Positions 10,572 to 19,417 of a stretch of 64,000 nt of DNA are shown piece after piece. The notes under the pieces were generated by a model. The model saw only the letters and a list, made by a program, of their open reading frames with translations. It was not told the origin of the DNA and ran no database searches. The first letter of the stretch is position 1; each line of letters opens with the position of its first letter. Position numbers and translations under genes: made by a program. This stretch comes from Alphaproteobacteria bacterium (GTDB lineage Bacteria; Pseudomonadota; Alphaproteobacteria; UBA828): positions 2,880,001-2,944,000 of the forward strand of contig OZ243972.1 of the NCBI GenBank assembly GCA_965214705.1, in the 5' to 3' direction.

Positions 10572-10871
10572 TTGACAACAACCGATCTCGGGCGGCCACT
10601 TTCGCATCACCCGCCGCTCTGGCGCTTGGCGCGCAAGGAAGCCGGGATCGAAGACGTGCGCCTTCATGACCTTCGTCACTCGTTCGCGAGCCGCGCAGTT
10701 CTGCAAGGCATCCTGTTGCCGGTCGTCTCTCGCTTACTCGGTCACAAGCGTCCGAACATGACGATGTGCTACGCCCATGTCGGCGAACGCGAGACCGAGG
10801 CGGCCGCGGAGCGCATCGGTGCGTCCATCGCACGGGCGTTGGATGGCAGGTGGGTCAGCTCATACGGCTGA
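10572..10871 (+). pseudogene. Tyrosine integrase C-terminal fragment
   Basis: HDLRHSFAS, LLGH and MTMCYAH catalytic boxes; N-terminal two thirds absent. Confidence 0.85.
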
Positions 10872-11124
10872 CTCTCCCGCGTATCGTCGTTCCGACCCTA
10901 CACTTCGCCCAACACGAGCAGACGGATCACGTCGGGTTTCGAAGGGCCCCTCTGCAGCGCATCACAATGGCGCCCGCGGAATGAGCCCGCCGCGAGCGTG
11001 CTGGACGAGAAAAATGCGGACCAGCCGTCATGTCACGCTGCCGCGCCGTGCACATCTGCGCCCATTGTCAAAGTGACTTGCCGAATCGCAGGGATGAACG
11101 ATTTCAATCCTGCTCGCCGCAGTC

Positions 11125-11574
11125 TCAGTCGTACCGGTGGCGGCCCAGCCGCTCCTGATAGTCGTGCGTCCGCCAGTTCGCGCGGAACAGCCACTGCTCT
11201 TCCGGCTGTCGTTGGGCGAGAGCCCGGTCGATTTCCACCTCGTCGAAGCCGCTTCGCCGGACCATGGCGTACTGATCTGCAAGGATGTGGCCTGTCGCAC
11301 GCAGCCGACCCCGGTAGCCCAGCAGCCGCAAGTGGCGGGCCAGCGAGAAGCCTCGACCGTCCATGTGCGATGGGAAGGCAATGCGAATGAGGGCGATGCG
11401 CTCGAAGAGGGGCACGATGTCTTCGGCCGGAGCGGTGTTCTCGACGTCGAGCGTGGCCCGGTCAGGCAGAGCGGAATGCTCGTCCTCTCCGCTCCACCGG
11501 ATGAATTCGCCGCGCCAGTCGTCGTCCTGAAACCCGCAGTCGCGGACGAGAATGCCGGGGCTCCCGCGTTCCAT
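11125..11574 (-). CDS. DUF934 family protein (sulfite reductase-associated)
   Basis: FPSHMDGRGFSLARHLRLLGYRGRLRATGHILADQY signature; follows cysI. Confidence 0.9.
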   Translation of the reverse strand: MERGSPGILVRDCGFQDDDWRGEFIRWSGEDEHSALPDRATLDVENTAPAEDIVPLFERIALIRIAFPSHMDGRGFSLARHLRLLGYRGRLRATGHILADQYAMVRRSGFDEVEIDRALAQRQPEEQWLFRANWRTHDYQERLGRHRYD

Positions 11575-11576
11575 GC

Positions 11577-13247
11577 CTAGCCTCCTGCGGCCACGGCGGT
11601 GTCGGGATAGAGCGCCGCCTTGAAGGGCTGCATGCCGACGCGTCGGTAGGTCGCGAGAAAGACTTCGTCTTCATCCGACCGCAGCTCGAGGTAAGCGTCG
11701 ATCAGGCGCTCCACGGCAGGGACGACGTCATCTGCGGCAAAGCCAGGGCCTGTGCGTTGGCCGAGCGCGGCGGTCTCCGTTCCGTCGCCGCCAAGGGTAA
11801 TCTGATAATTCTCGGCACCGGCACGATCGAGGCCGAGGATGCCGATGTTCCCGACATGGTGATGTCCGCACGCATTGATACAGCCGGATATCTTGATCTT
11901 GAGACCGCCGACATGGCGCTCGTCTCCGCGCTCTTTCATCCGGCCGGCAATGCCTTGGGCGATCGGAATGGAGCGTGCGGTGGCGAGATTGCAGTAGTCC
12001 ATGCCGGGGCAGGCGATGATGTCCGACGCCAGCCCTACATTGGCGGTCGCGAGGTCCGCCTCCCGCAGGGCCGCATGGACCGCCGGCACGTCGCGCCTGT
12101 GCACGTGAGGCAGAATACAGTTCTGCTCGTGGCTGATGCGGATCTCGTCATGGCCGTACCGCTCCGCCAGATCGGCGATGACGCGCATCTGGTCTGCGGT
12201 GGCATCGCCCGGCGTCGCGCCGTGGGCCTTGAGCGAGATGGTGACGATCGCGTACTCGGGATTCCGGTGCGGGTGCAGATTGGTGTCGACGAACGACCGG
12301 AACACAGGATCGCGCGCGAGCGCCGTATCGAAGGCTCCGGCCGGCGCCTCGACGTATGCCGGCGGCTCGAACATCGCGCGCATGTCTTTGAGCAGCGCCC
12401 GGTCCGTGCCCCCGAATGCCGCCCGCTGAAGCGGGAAGCGTTCCTCGACGCGGTCCCGGAAGGCCTCGATCCCGAGCTCGCTCACGGTGATCTTGATGCG
12501 CGCCTTGAACTTGTTATCGCGGCGGCCGATGGCGTTGTAGACCTGCAGAATGGACTCGACGTAGGGAAGCAGGTCCGCCTTAGGAAGGAAGTCACGGATG
12601 ACCGATCCGATCACCGGGGTGCGCCCGAGCCCGCCGCCGACGGAGACTTCGTATCCGATCTCACCGGTCGCGCTCGGGACGATGCGGATGCCGATGTCGT
12701 GCCCGCGGGTCACGGCACGGTCGACCGGGGAGCCGCTCACTGCGATCTTGAACTTGCGCGGCAGGAACGCGAATTCCGGGTGATCCGTCGACCATTGCCG
12801 GAGAAGTTCGGCGGTCGGGCGGGGATCGGCGATCTCGTCGGCGGCCGCACCTGCGAAGTGGTCGGCGGTGACGTTGCGGACGCAATTGCCGGACGTCTGG
12901 ATCGCATGCATTTCCACGTCCGCGAGGGCGTCGAGGATGTCCGGCACGTCCTTCAGCCTGGGCCAGTTGAACTGGACGTTCTGCCGCGTGGTGAAGTGTC
13001 CGTAGCCCTTGTCCCAGCGCTCCGCGATATGGGCCAGCTGCCGCATCTGGCGGCTGTCGAGCGTGCCATAGGGGATGGCCACACGAAGCATGTAGGCGTG
13101 CAGCTGCAGGTAGAGCCCGTTCATCAGCCGCAGCGGCCTGAACTCCTCCTCGGTGAGCGAGCCGTCGATCCGGCGCTCCACCTGTTGGCGGAACTGCGCG
13201 ACCCGCTTGCGCACGAATTCCCGGTCGAAGCCGTCGTATCGGTACAC
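11577..13247 (-). CDS. cysI: Nitrite/sulfite reductase hemoprotein
   Basis: MYRYD...LMNGLYLQLHAYMLRVAIPYG, TTRQN, SGNCVRN, CPGMDYC and SGCINACG siroheme/4Fe-4S ligands. Confidence 0.95.
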   Translation of the reverse strand: MYRYDGFDREFVRKRVAQFRQQVERRIDGSLTEEEFRPLRLMNGLYLQLHAYMLRVAIPYGTLDSRQMRQLAHIAERWDKGYGHFTTRQNVQFNWPRLKDVPDILDALADVEMHAIQTSGNCVRNVTADHFAGAAADEIADPRPTAELLRQWSTDHPEFAFLPRKFKIAVSGSPVDRAVTRGHDIGIRIVPSATGEIGYEVSVGGGLGRTPVIGSVIRDFLPKADLLPYVESILQVYNAIGRRDNKFKARIKITVSELGIEAFRDRVEERFPLQRAAFGGTDRALLKDMRAMFEPPAYVEAPAGAFDTALARDPVFRSFVDTNLHPHRNPEYAIVTISLKAHGATPGDATADQMRVIADLAERYGHDEIRISHEQNCILPHVHRRDVPAVHAALREADLATANVGLASDIIACPGMDYCNLATARSIPIAQGIAGRMKERGDERHVGGLKIKISGCINACGHHHVGNIGILGLDRAGAENYQITLGGDGTETAALGQRTGPGFAADDVVPAVERLIDAYLELRSDEDEVFLATYRRVGMQPFKAALYPDTAVAAGG

Positions 13248-13250
13248 GCG

Positions 13251-13553
13251 TCAGCTCCCCGCCTGCTTGCCGTGGTGGTAGTTGGAGGGCCCGCTTGCGC
13301 GGAGAACCTCCCGGATGTGGATCGGTTCGGGCCCCTGGTGACCTCCGGGCACGGCCGCCGCCAGATAGGGGCCGACGACGGCAACCTCCTGCGCTTCGGC
13401 CGCCGCAAGGCAACCGCTCGCCTCGGCCTCGGCCTCGAAGAGGCGCGCGGCGCCCGGACGGCGCGTCCAGGCGCCATCGGGTGCGAGATAGACCACGTCG
13501 CCATCGAAAAGGTCGTTCGCTGTCAGAATGCAGGGTGTGAAGGCGCGGACCAT
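13251..13553 (-). CDS. DUF2849 family protein
   Basis: TANDLFDGDVVYL...VVGPYL...REVLRASGPS; ATG overlaps the cysG stop (TGATG). Confidence 0.9.
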   Translation of the reverse strand: MVRAFTPCILTANDLFDGDVVYLAPDGAWTRRPGAARLFEAEAEASGCLAAAEAQEVAVVGPYLAAAVPGGHQGPEPIHIREVLRASGPSNYHHGKQAGS

Positions 13554-14956
13554 CAGACTGCCTCCCGGCGGACCTCGCAGCCCGCATCCACCTTCCACAT
13601 GGCGTCGCGGGGCAGGATGCCGAGCATCAGCACCACCGCCCCCGGAAACTGCACGTCGCCCAATGCCTCGGGCAGCCCGAGCAGCGTCGTCGCGACGATC
13701 CGCTTGTTCCGGCGCGAAGCGTTCTCGACGATCGTGACCGGCGTCGACGGTGCGGCGCCGCGCATCAGCAGGCGCCCGCGCAGGAAGGCGGCTGCCCGCT
13801 TGCCCATGTAGATCGCGGCGACGGCTCCGGGCCGGGCAAGGGCGGCCCAGTCGTGCTCGGCGAAGCCGTCGACGTCGCGGGCTGTGAGGAGCCGAAGCTC
13901 CGAGTTGCGCCCGCGACGCGTGAGCGAGACCCCCATGTCCGCAGCAGCACCGGCGGCTGCCGTGATTCCCGGAACGACCTCCCAGGCAATGCCTTCGGCC
14001 TCCAGCGCCTCGATCTCTTCGTCCAGCCTGCCGAACACCGCCGGATCGCCGGACTTGAGGCGGACCACGTGATTGCCGGCCCGGGCATGGCGGACCAACA
14101 GCGCGTTGATGCGCGCCTGCGACCACGACGGGCCGTATCCCGTCTTGCCTGCGCAGACGCGCTCCGCTTCCCGTCGCGCGAACTCCAGGACCTGTGGGGA
14201 GACGAGCCGGTCATGCACCACGATGTCCGCCTCGTGCAGCAGGTTGCGGGCCTTGAGCGTGAGCAGCTCCGGATCGCCCGGCCCGGCGCCCACGAACGAG
14301 ACCAGGCCCGGAGGGCGCGTCGCGGTTGCGGCCTCATTGAGCAGCGAATGGAGCGCTTCGCACGCGCCCTTCTCGCCGTCTCTCGCGAACGAGCGGGGGC
14401 CCTGCCGCGAGAAATACTCGGACCAGAGCGCCCGTCGCATCCGGCCCGAAGGCACGCTCTCGCACCTGCTGCGGAACGCCTGTCCGATGCGCGCGAGCGG
14501 CCCCAGAGAAATCGGCAGCTGCGCCTCGAATGCCGCCTTGAGGTTCCGGGCCAGCACCGGCGCTGTCCCTTCGGTTCCGATGGCCACCGTGACCGGATCG
14601 CGGTCCACGATGGCAGGCGTGATGAAGTCGCTGCCTTCGAGATTGTCGACGATGTTGACGGGGATGCCGCGCCGCCGGGCCAGCGCGGCAGCGCGTGCGT
14701 CCTCCGAGGGATCGTTGCTCGCGCAATAGAGGAGCGCTGCGGCGTCGAGGTCGTCGGTTTCCACGTGACGCTCTTCGTGGCGCAATGCCCCCTCGCGGTG
14801 CCACGACAGGATGGCCGGGTCCGGGCCGAGACCAAGTACAGTGATCTCGGCGTCGGTCTTCAGCAGCAGGCGCAGCTTGGCCACCGCAGCCTGCCCGGCG
14901 CCGGAGACGACGACGCGCCGGCCCGCGAGACGGAGGAAGATCGGAAAATGCTGCAC
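13553..14956 (-). CDS. cysG: Siroheme synthase
   Basis: QHFPIFL start, AKLRLL, DFITPAIVDR, VGAGPGDPELLT, RLKSGDP, PGITAA; GTG start inferred at 14956. Confidence 0.93.
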   Translation of the reverse strand: MQHFPIFLRLAGRRVVVSGAGQAAVAKLRLLLKTDAEITVLGLGPDPAILSWHREGALRHEERHVETDDLDAAALLYCASNDPSEDARAAALARRRGIPVNIVDNLEGSDFITPAIVDRDPVTVAIGTEGTAPVLARNLKAAFEAQLPISLGPLARIGQAFRSRCESVPSGRMRRALWSEYFSRQGPRSFARDGEKGACEALHSLLNEAATATRPPGLVSFVGAGPGDPELLTLKARNLLHEADIVVHDRLVSPQVLEFARREAERVCAGKTGYGPSWSQARINALLVRHARAGNHVVRLKSGDPAVFGRLDEEIEALEAEGIAWEVVPGITAAAGAAADMGVSLTRRGRNSELRLLTARDVDGFAEHDWAALARPGAVAAIYMGKRAAAFLRGRLLMRGAAPSTPVTIVENASRRNKRIVATTLLGLPEALGDVQFPGAVVLMLGILPRDAMWKVDAGCEVRREAV

Positions 14957-15001
14957 CACGACCGCCCGTTGCCGATTTCGTTGGTGTCGGCGGATAGGGT
15001 T

Positions 15002-15043
15002 AAGGGTTGGGCAGGCTCTCTCTCGAGAGCCTGCCCAACCCTT
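15002..15043. repeat. Perfect 19-bp-stem hairpin at the 3' end of the IS91-like element
   Basis: AAGGGTTGGGCAGGCTCTC-TCTC-GAGAGCCTGCCCAACCCTT. Confidence 0.9.
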
Positions 15044-16459
15044 TTGAACGAAGCCGCGGGCCACGAGAGGCGAAGTTGAGCTATGTGGAAAGTGCGCTGA
15101 TGTCAGCGTCAGGCGGCATCCACCGGCAGCAGAGTTGCGCATAAAATCGACGCTCGCGCCGGTCTTTCGGCAGGCATGCGGGCGCACGCTGCGAGGACTG
15201 AGCGGGGTGTGAGCCGAGGGCTGTCAGCCCGGCTCAAGCGGAGACAGGTTCGGTCGTGCGTCGGCGCTTTGGCGCCGTTGCGCGGGGCCGAAGCGAGCGG
15301 GCGTCTCACGGTTTCCCCCTGTGGGTCGGCGGCAGCGCCGGCGGGCCGCGCGTCGAGCGGGGCTCATGGCGGCGGCGGATTTCGCGGACGAGGCGCATGA
15401 CGCCGCCGCAGTGGGGGCAGGCCACGGGCGCGGTGCCGATCTCGGGCTCTTCGTCGGGCTCGGCCCGAGCGCCGTCCACGCTTCCCTCGGGGGCGGCGCA
15501 GCCGAGGGCGCCGAGAGCCTGGCGTGCTCTCTCCAGCGTGCTGGCGCGGCAGCCGTTGGCGAGGATGCCGAAGTAGCGAATGCGGTGCATGCCGTCCGGC
15601 AGGACGTGCCTCAGGAAGCGGCGGATGAACTCGTCGGCGCTCACGGTGGCGATGCCGTAGCGCGGCTTTCTCTGCCCCGGCGCCTTGGGCTTTCGGTGGC
15701 GGAAGGAGACCGTCTCGCCGTCGAAGGAGACGATGCGGCTGTCGGAGATGGCGATCCTGTGCGTGTAGTGCGAGAGGTACCGGAAGACCTGCTCAGGCCC
15801 GCGGAAGGGCCGCTTGGCGTAGACCACCCAGTCCCTGGCCCGGGCGGCGGCAAGCGTGGCGTGGAACTCGCCGGGATTGGCGAGGTGGGCGAGGGTGCCG
15901 TGGAACTCCAGGTCCCCCCGGCCGTGGGCGCGGGCGAGCTCCTCGAGGAAGAGGCGGCGGAACAGGCTGCCGAGGACCTTGACGGGGGCGAGGAAGGTGG
16001 TGCTCCCCGTCTTCCACTCGCCACTGTCTACGTCGAAGCCCGCGTTGGGCACGACCACGTGCAGGTGCGGGTGGAAGCGGAGCTTCTGATCCCAGGTATG
16101 GAGGACCGCGGTGCCGCCGATGCGCATGCCGCCGTGGCGGGGATCGGCGGCGATGGTGCGCAGGGTCTCGGCGACGGCCCGGAAGAGGATGTCGAACACC
16201 ACCCTGCGGTTGCAGAAGGCAATGGCGGCAACCTCCTTGGGCAGGGTGAAGACCACATGGAAGTAGGGCACCGGCAGGATGTCCCCGGCGCGCTCCTCGC
16301 TCCAGAGGTTGGCGGCGAGACCCTGGCAGGTGGGGCAGTGGCGGTTGCGGCAGGAGTTCTTATGAGCTCTCTCCGCAAGGCCCGGCTTCATCTACGTCAA
16401 TGGCATTCGCAATCTCTCCACTCGAATCCGCGGCCGATGTCCAGGCAGAACGTCGTTTC

Positions 16460-16680
16460 CACGCAGCGATCCGCCACGCTGCTCAGCTCTTATCCGGTTC
16501 GGAACTCCGGCGCTTGCCGGCTCCGTGACCCCAATACCGCATCCAAGCGGTGGTGACGTTCCGGGAGGCGGGACCCATCTGTAGAACGGTGCCAAGCGGC
16601 GACCCAACTCTTGCCCGGTCACACGCCTTGCCCGGCATCCTCCGCGGCCGCGTCCGACCACGTCGGAACCTCCTGTATTT
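16460..16680 (-). ncRNA. Predicted bridge/seek RNA in the IS1111 right end (boundaries approximate)
   Basis: Two internal loops with guide-like segments: GAGTTG and GTTCTACA match the target; GGTAT and ATAAGAG match the circle junction; each pair flanks a hairpin. Confidence 0.72.
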
Positions 16681-16703
16681 TCCCGTTCGTTCGGCCGGTG
16701 CCC

Positions 16704-17900
16704 TCAGGAGACGATGGCGCCCTCAGGCACCAGTCCTTGGGTGGCATAGCGCCACAGCGCGATCAGCAGCTTGCGCGCGACCCCCACGATCGCCCGCTTC
16801 CTCGCTCGCCGGTCCCTCCCGCCACCGGCATCCCTGGCGACGTAGGCGTGGAACCACTTCGTGATCGCGCTTTCCGGTTGCAGCTTCAGCCAGCGCCAAG
16901 CCATCTGGATCATGTGCTTCCTGACATGCGAGGGGCCGGCCTTGCTGATGCCAAGATCGTGGTCGACATCTCCGCTCGCCCACGGCACCGACGTCAACCC
17001 GGCCCAGCTGCCCAACTCCCGGCGATTGCGGAAGTCCCGATAGAACACCTCGCCAGCCAGCAGTGTGGCGTCATTGAGGCCGATGCCATGGATGCGCGTA
17101 AGCGCCGCGATCATCGCCGTCCCGTCACGATTGGTCGCGTCCTGGGCTTTCCGGCCAGCCTTCAGCAGGGCCCTCTTCTCGGCCTCGATCATCTCGATAT
17201 GCTCCTCAACCAGGCGAAGCATCCCCACCGCCCTCTCAATCTCTGCCCGCGCACGCGGCGGCAACGGCGCCCCATAGCCCGTCCGCGCGGTCGCGAGGCG
17301 TTCGAGGAAGTCCGGCTTGCGCGGCGCCAGATCGAAGATGCCGTGCAACTGCAAGAGCCCTTTGATCCGGTTGTTGACGCGGGTACGCTCGCTGATCAGC
17401 GTGTCCCTCTCGCGCAGCAGGCGCTTGGCATCCTCCTGGTCCACATCGGGCACGCGCACCCAGGACATGGCCTCCGAATCGCCTTGGTCCCATGCCTTCA
17501 GAGCCCGAACCATCCTCCTCGCGTCGATACGGTCGGTCTTTTTCTTCTTGGCGCGCCGGTTCACCCGCAGGCTCGCCGGATCGTTCATGAAGATATCGAT
17601 CTCCGCGTCACGGCGCTCGATATCGCGGGCAAGCCAGAACCCCTCGTAGCCCGCCTCGTAGGTCAGCATCACCCGAGGACGGGCGCCGAGCTCCCTCGCC
17701 ACCCGTTCCCGCACCGACCCGACGAGATCCAACAGTCCCGCCGTGTCGGCAGCAGCCAGTGTGTGGATGCTGATGCTGCCACCCGAGGCATCCGGGCAAT
17801 GCACGCCAACGATCCACGATTTGAGGCTGATCTCCACCGCGACATAAATCGTGCTACTACTTGCGCCTGTCAGCGCGGTCGTGTCTGGACCATCCGACAT
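16704..17900 (-). CDS. IS110-family DEDD recombinase/transposase
   Basis: YVAVEISLKSW, YEAGYEGFW, KTDRIDA, GIG, WASG (catalytic Ser), ISKAG, ARKLL motifs. Confidence 0.93.
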   Translation of the reverse strand: MSDGPDTTALTGASSSTIYVAVEISLKSWIVGVHCPDASGGSISIHTLAAADTAGLLDLVGSVRERVARELGARPRVMLTYEAGYEGFWLARDIERRDAEIDIFMNDPASLRVNRRAKKKKTDRIDARRMVRALKAWDQGDSEAMSWVRVPDVDQEDAKRLLRERDTLISERTRVNNRIKGLLQLHGIFDLAPRKPDFLERLATARTGYGAPLPPRARAEIERAVGMLRLVEEHIEMIEAEKRALLKAGRKAQDATNRDGTAMIAALTRIHGIGLNDATLLAGEVFYRDFRNRRELGSWAGLTSVPWASGDVDHDLGISKAGPSHVRKHMIQMAWRWLKLQPESAITKWFHAYVARDAGGGRDRRARKRAIVGVARKLLIALWRYATQGLVPEGAIVS

Positions 17901-18203
17901 CCGTCCACTCCGTTGTTGACGATTCCGCTCGGAGAGAAGGTGCTGGCCTTCTCTCCGAGCTTGTCTAACCGCCAGAATCGATTCGGTGCCACCGTGCTCA
18001 TGGTATCTGAAGAGCGGATGCTCGCGCCCGCAGCCCTCGCAGGCGTACATGTGGCCGCCGAGCACGGCGGTGCGGCACGCCTCGATGGCGCCCATGACCT
18101 TGAGCCGGGCGGCGTCGATGCGCCCTTTGTGGCGCTCACGGAAAGCGGCGCCGGCGCGGCGGAAGATCTCCGCCACGCCCGCGCGTTCGGCCTCCACGCG
18201 CCG

Positions 18204-19082
18204 TCAGTTGCGCAACGCTGCGAAGCCTGAGATCGGGTGGTCGAGGCCCTCGAACATCTTGCCGGTGACGCGGGCGTAGTGACGGGTCGTGTTCGCGCTT
18301 CGATGGCCGAGCATGTCCCGGATCACCTCGATATCGCCGCCGCGCTCGAGGAGATGGGTCGCCGCCGAATGGCGCAGGCAATGGAAGGTGTAGCTGCGGT
18401 CGAGCTCGGCAATGTCGCGCGCCCTCCTGAAGGCGGCCTGCAAGGTCTCCGTTGCGATGGGCCTGTCGAGCGAGACGCCGTAGAAGAGCCAGCTCGTCGG
18501 ACGCGGCCAGATGTTCCTGTAGTAGACGCGCAAGTAGTGGATGACGATGTCCGGCAACGGTGCCATTCTCTCGGTGCCGCCTTTGCCGGAGGGGATGTGC
18601 AGCAGCTTCTTCTCCGACAGGATGTCGCCGACCTTGATGGCCAAGGTCTCGGAGATGCGGAGCCCGCCGCCATAGCCGGTGACAATGGCAGCACGGTGGC
18701 GGAGGTCGGGTGTCGCAAGGATGAGGTGCTCGACCTCCTGCTCCGACATGTAGCGCGGCAGCTTGCCGGGCTTCTTGCGGGAGCGCAGGCCGGCGACATG
18801 GTCAGGCCAGCCGAGTGTGTCGATGTAGAGGAAGTTCAGCGCGGCGAAGGAGACGTTGGTCGTGCCCGGACTGAGCCCCTTGTCGATCCGCCCCAGGTAC
18901 CACTGGCGCACCTGCTCGGCGTCGAGCTCGTCCGGCGAGGCGTCGTAGTACCTGGCCAGGTTCTTGATCTCGCAGATGTAGGCCTTGGACGTGCTCGCGG
19001 CCAGATTGGCGATGCGGAGCTGCTCCTCCATGCGCTGGCGAAGAGGGGTGACGGTGTTCGTGTCGCACGCGGTCCCGGTCAT
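18204..19082 (-). CDS. Tyrosine recombinase/integrase of the IS91-like element
   Basis: TPLRQRM N-terminus, GLRISE, KGG, HCLRHSAATHLLE, LGH, YARV; RBS AGGGAG upstream of ATG 19082. Confidence 0.93.
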   Translation of the reverse strand: MTGTACDTNTVTPLRQRMEEQLRIANLAASTSKAYICEIKNLARYYDASPDELDAEQVRQWYLGRIDKGLSPGTTNVSFAALNFLYIDTLGWPDHVAGLRSRKKPGKLPRYMSEQEVEHLILATPDLRHRAAIVTGYGGGLRISETLAIKVGDILSEKKLLHIPSGKGGTERMAPLPDIVIHYLRVYYRNIWPRPTSWLFYGVSLDRPIATETLQAAFRRARDIAELDRSYTFHCLRHSAATHLLERGGDIEVIRDMLGHRSANTTRHYARVTGKMFEGLDHPISGFAALRN

Positions 19083-19314
19083 TATCGATCTCCCTGGATC
19101 GCGACGGCGCGCCGCCGGACCGATCCGGCGACGGTCCGTCGCAGGGGTCGATACTAACCACTGGTGATCGGGAGGCTGCTGGGGATCCGCCACCCGACGG
19201 GCGGAGCGCCACTGACGCAACCGGGAAGCGAACGCACAGAACAAACGGCACCCGCGACGCCTCGGAAATGAATGAACTCTACGCCGCTAACTCCGCGTAG
19301 CGGCTTCGTTCAAT

Positions 19315-19370
19315 ACATATTTTCCATGTATCTAACAGCACACCAGAAAAATAAGGACATATTTTGCATG
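19315..19370. promoter_or_regulatory. AT-rich divergent promoter region with a 14-bp direct repeat (putative Lrp-family operators)
   Basis: ACATATTTTCCATG (19315-19328) and ACATATTTTGCATG (19357-19370), 42 bp apart. Confidence 0.55.
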
Positions 19371-19417
19371 AATTGGGATTTCTTGGAATATACGTCCTGT
19401 ATTTGACGGAGGATGAG

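Larger units (their letters stand above)
16359..18008 (-). mobile_element. IS110 family, IS1111-group insertion sequence (1650 bp)
   Basis: Removing it restores the host frame; sub-terminal IR ATGAGC lies 7 bp from the left end and GCTCAT 3 bp from the right end; ~345-bp non-coding right end; no target duplication. Confidence 0.9.
15306..18197 (-). pseudogene. IS91-family transposase, split by an IS1111-type insertion (parts 18009-18197 and 15306-16358)
   Basis: Joining ...GREHPLF to NSCRNRHCPTCQ restores a 414-codon frame with Zn finger, HPHLH (HUH) and YLSHY (Y2) motifs. Confidence 0.92.
15002..19313 (-). mobile_element. Two-gene element: tyrosine recombinase plus IS91-like (Y2 HUH) transposase, with 14-bp inverted repeats and a terminal hairpin
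   Basis: Perfect IR TTGAACGAAGCCGC (15044-15057) / GCGGCTTCGTTCAA (19300-19313); 19-bp-stem hairpin at 15002-15043 abuts one IR; sits between cysG and its divergent Lrp gene. Exact outer end near 15000 is uncertain. Confidence 0.82.

Noticed and set aside
16704-18197. 497-aa ORF-track protein fusing an IS91 N-terminus to an IS110 recombinase
   Set aside because: Chance in-frame read-through across the insertion junction; the two parts belong to separate elements.
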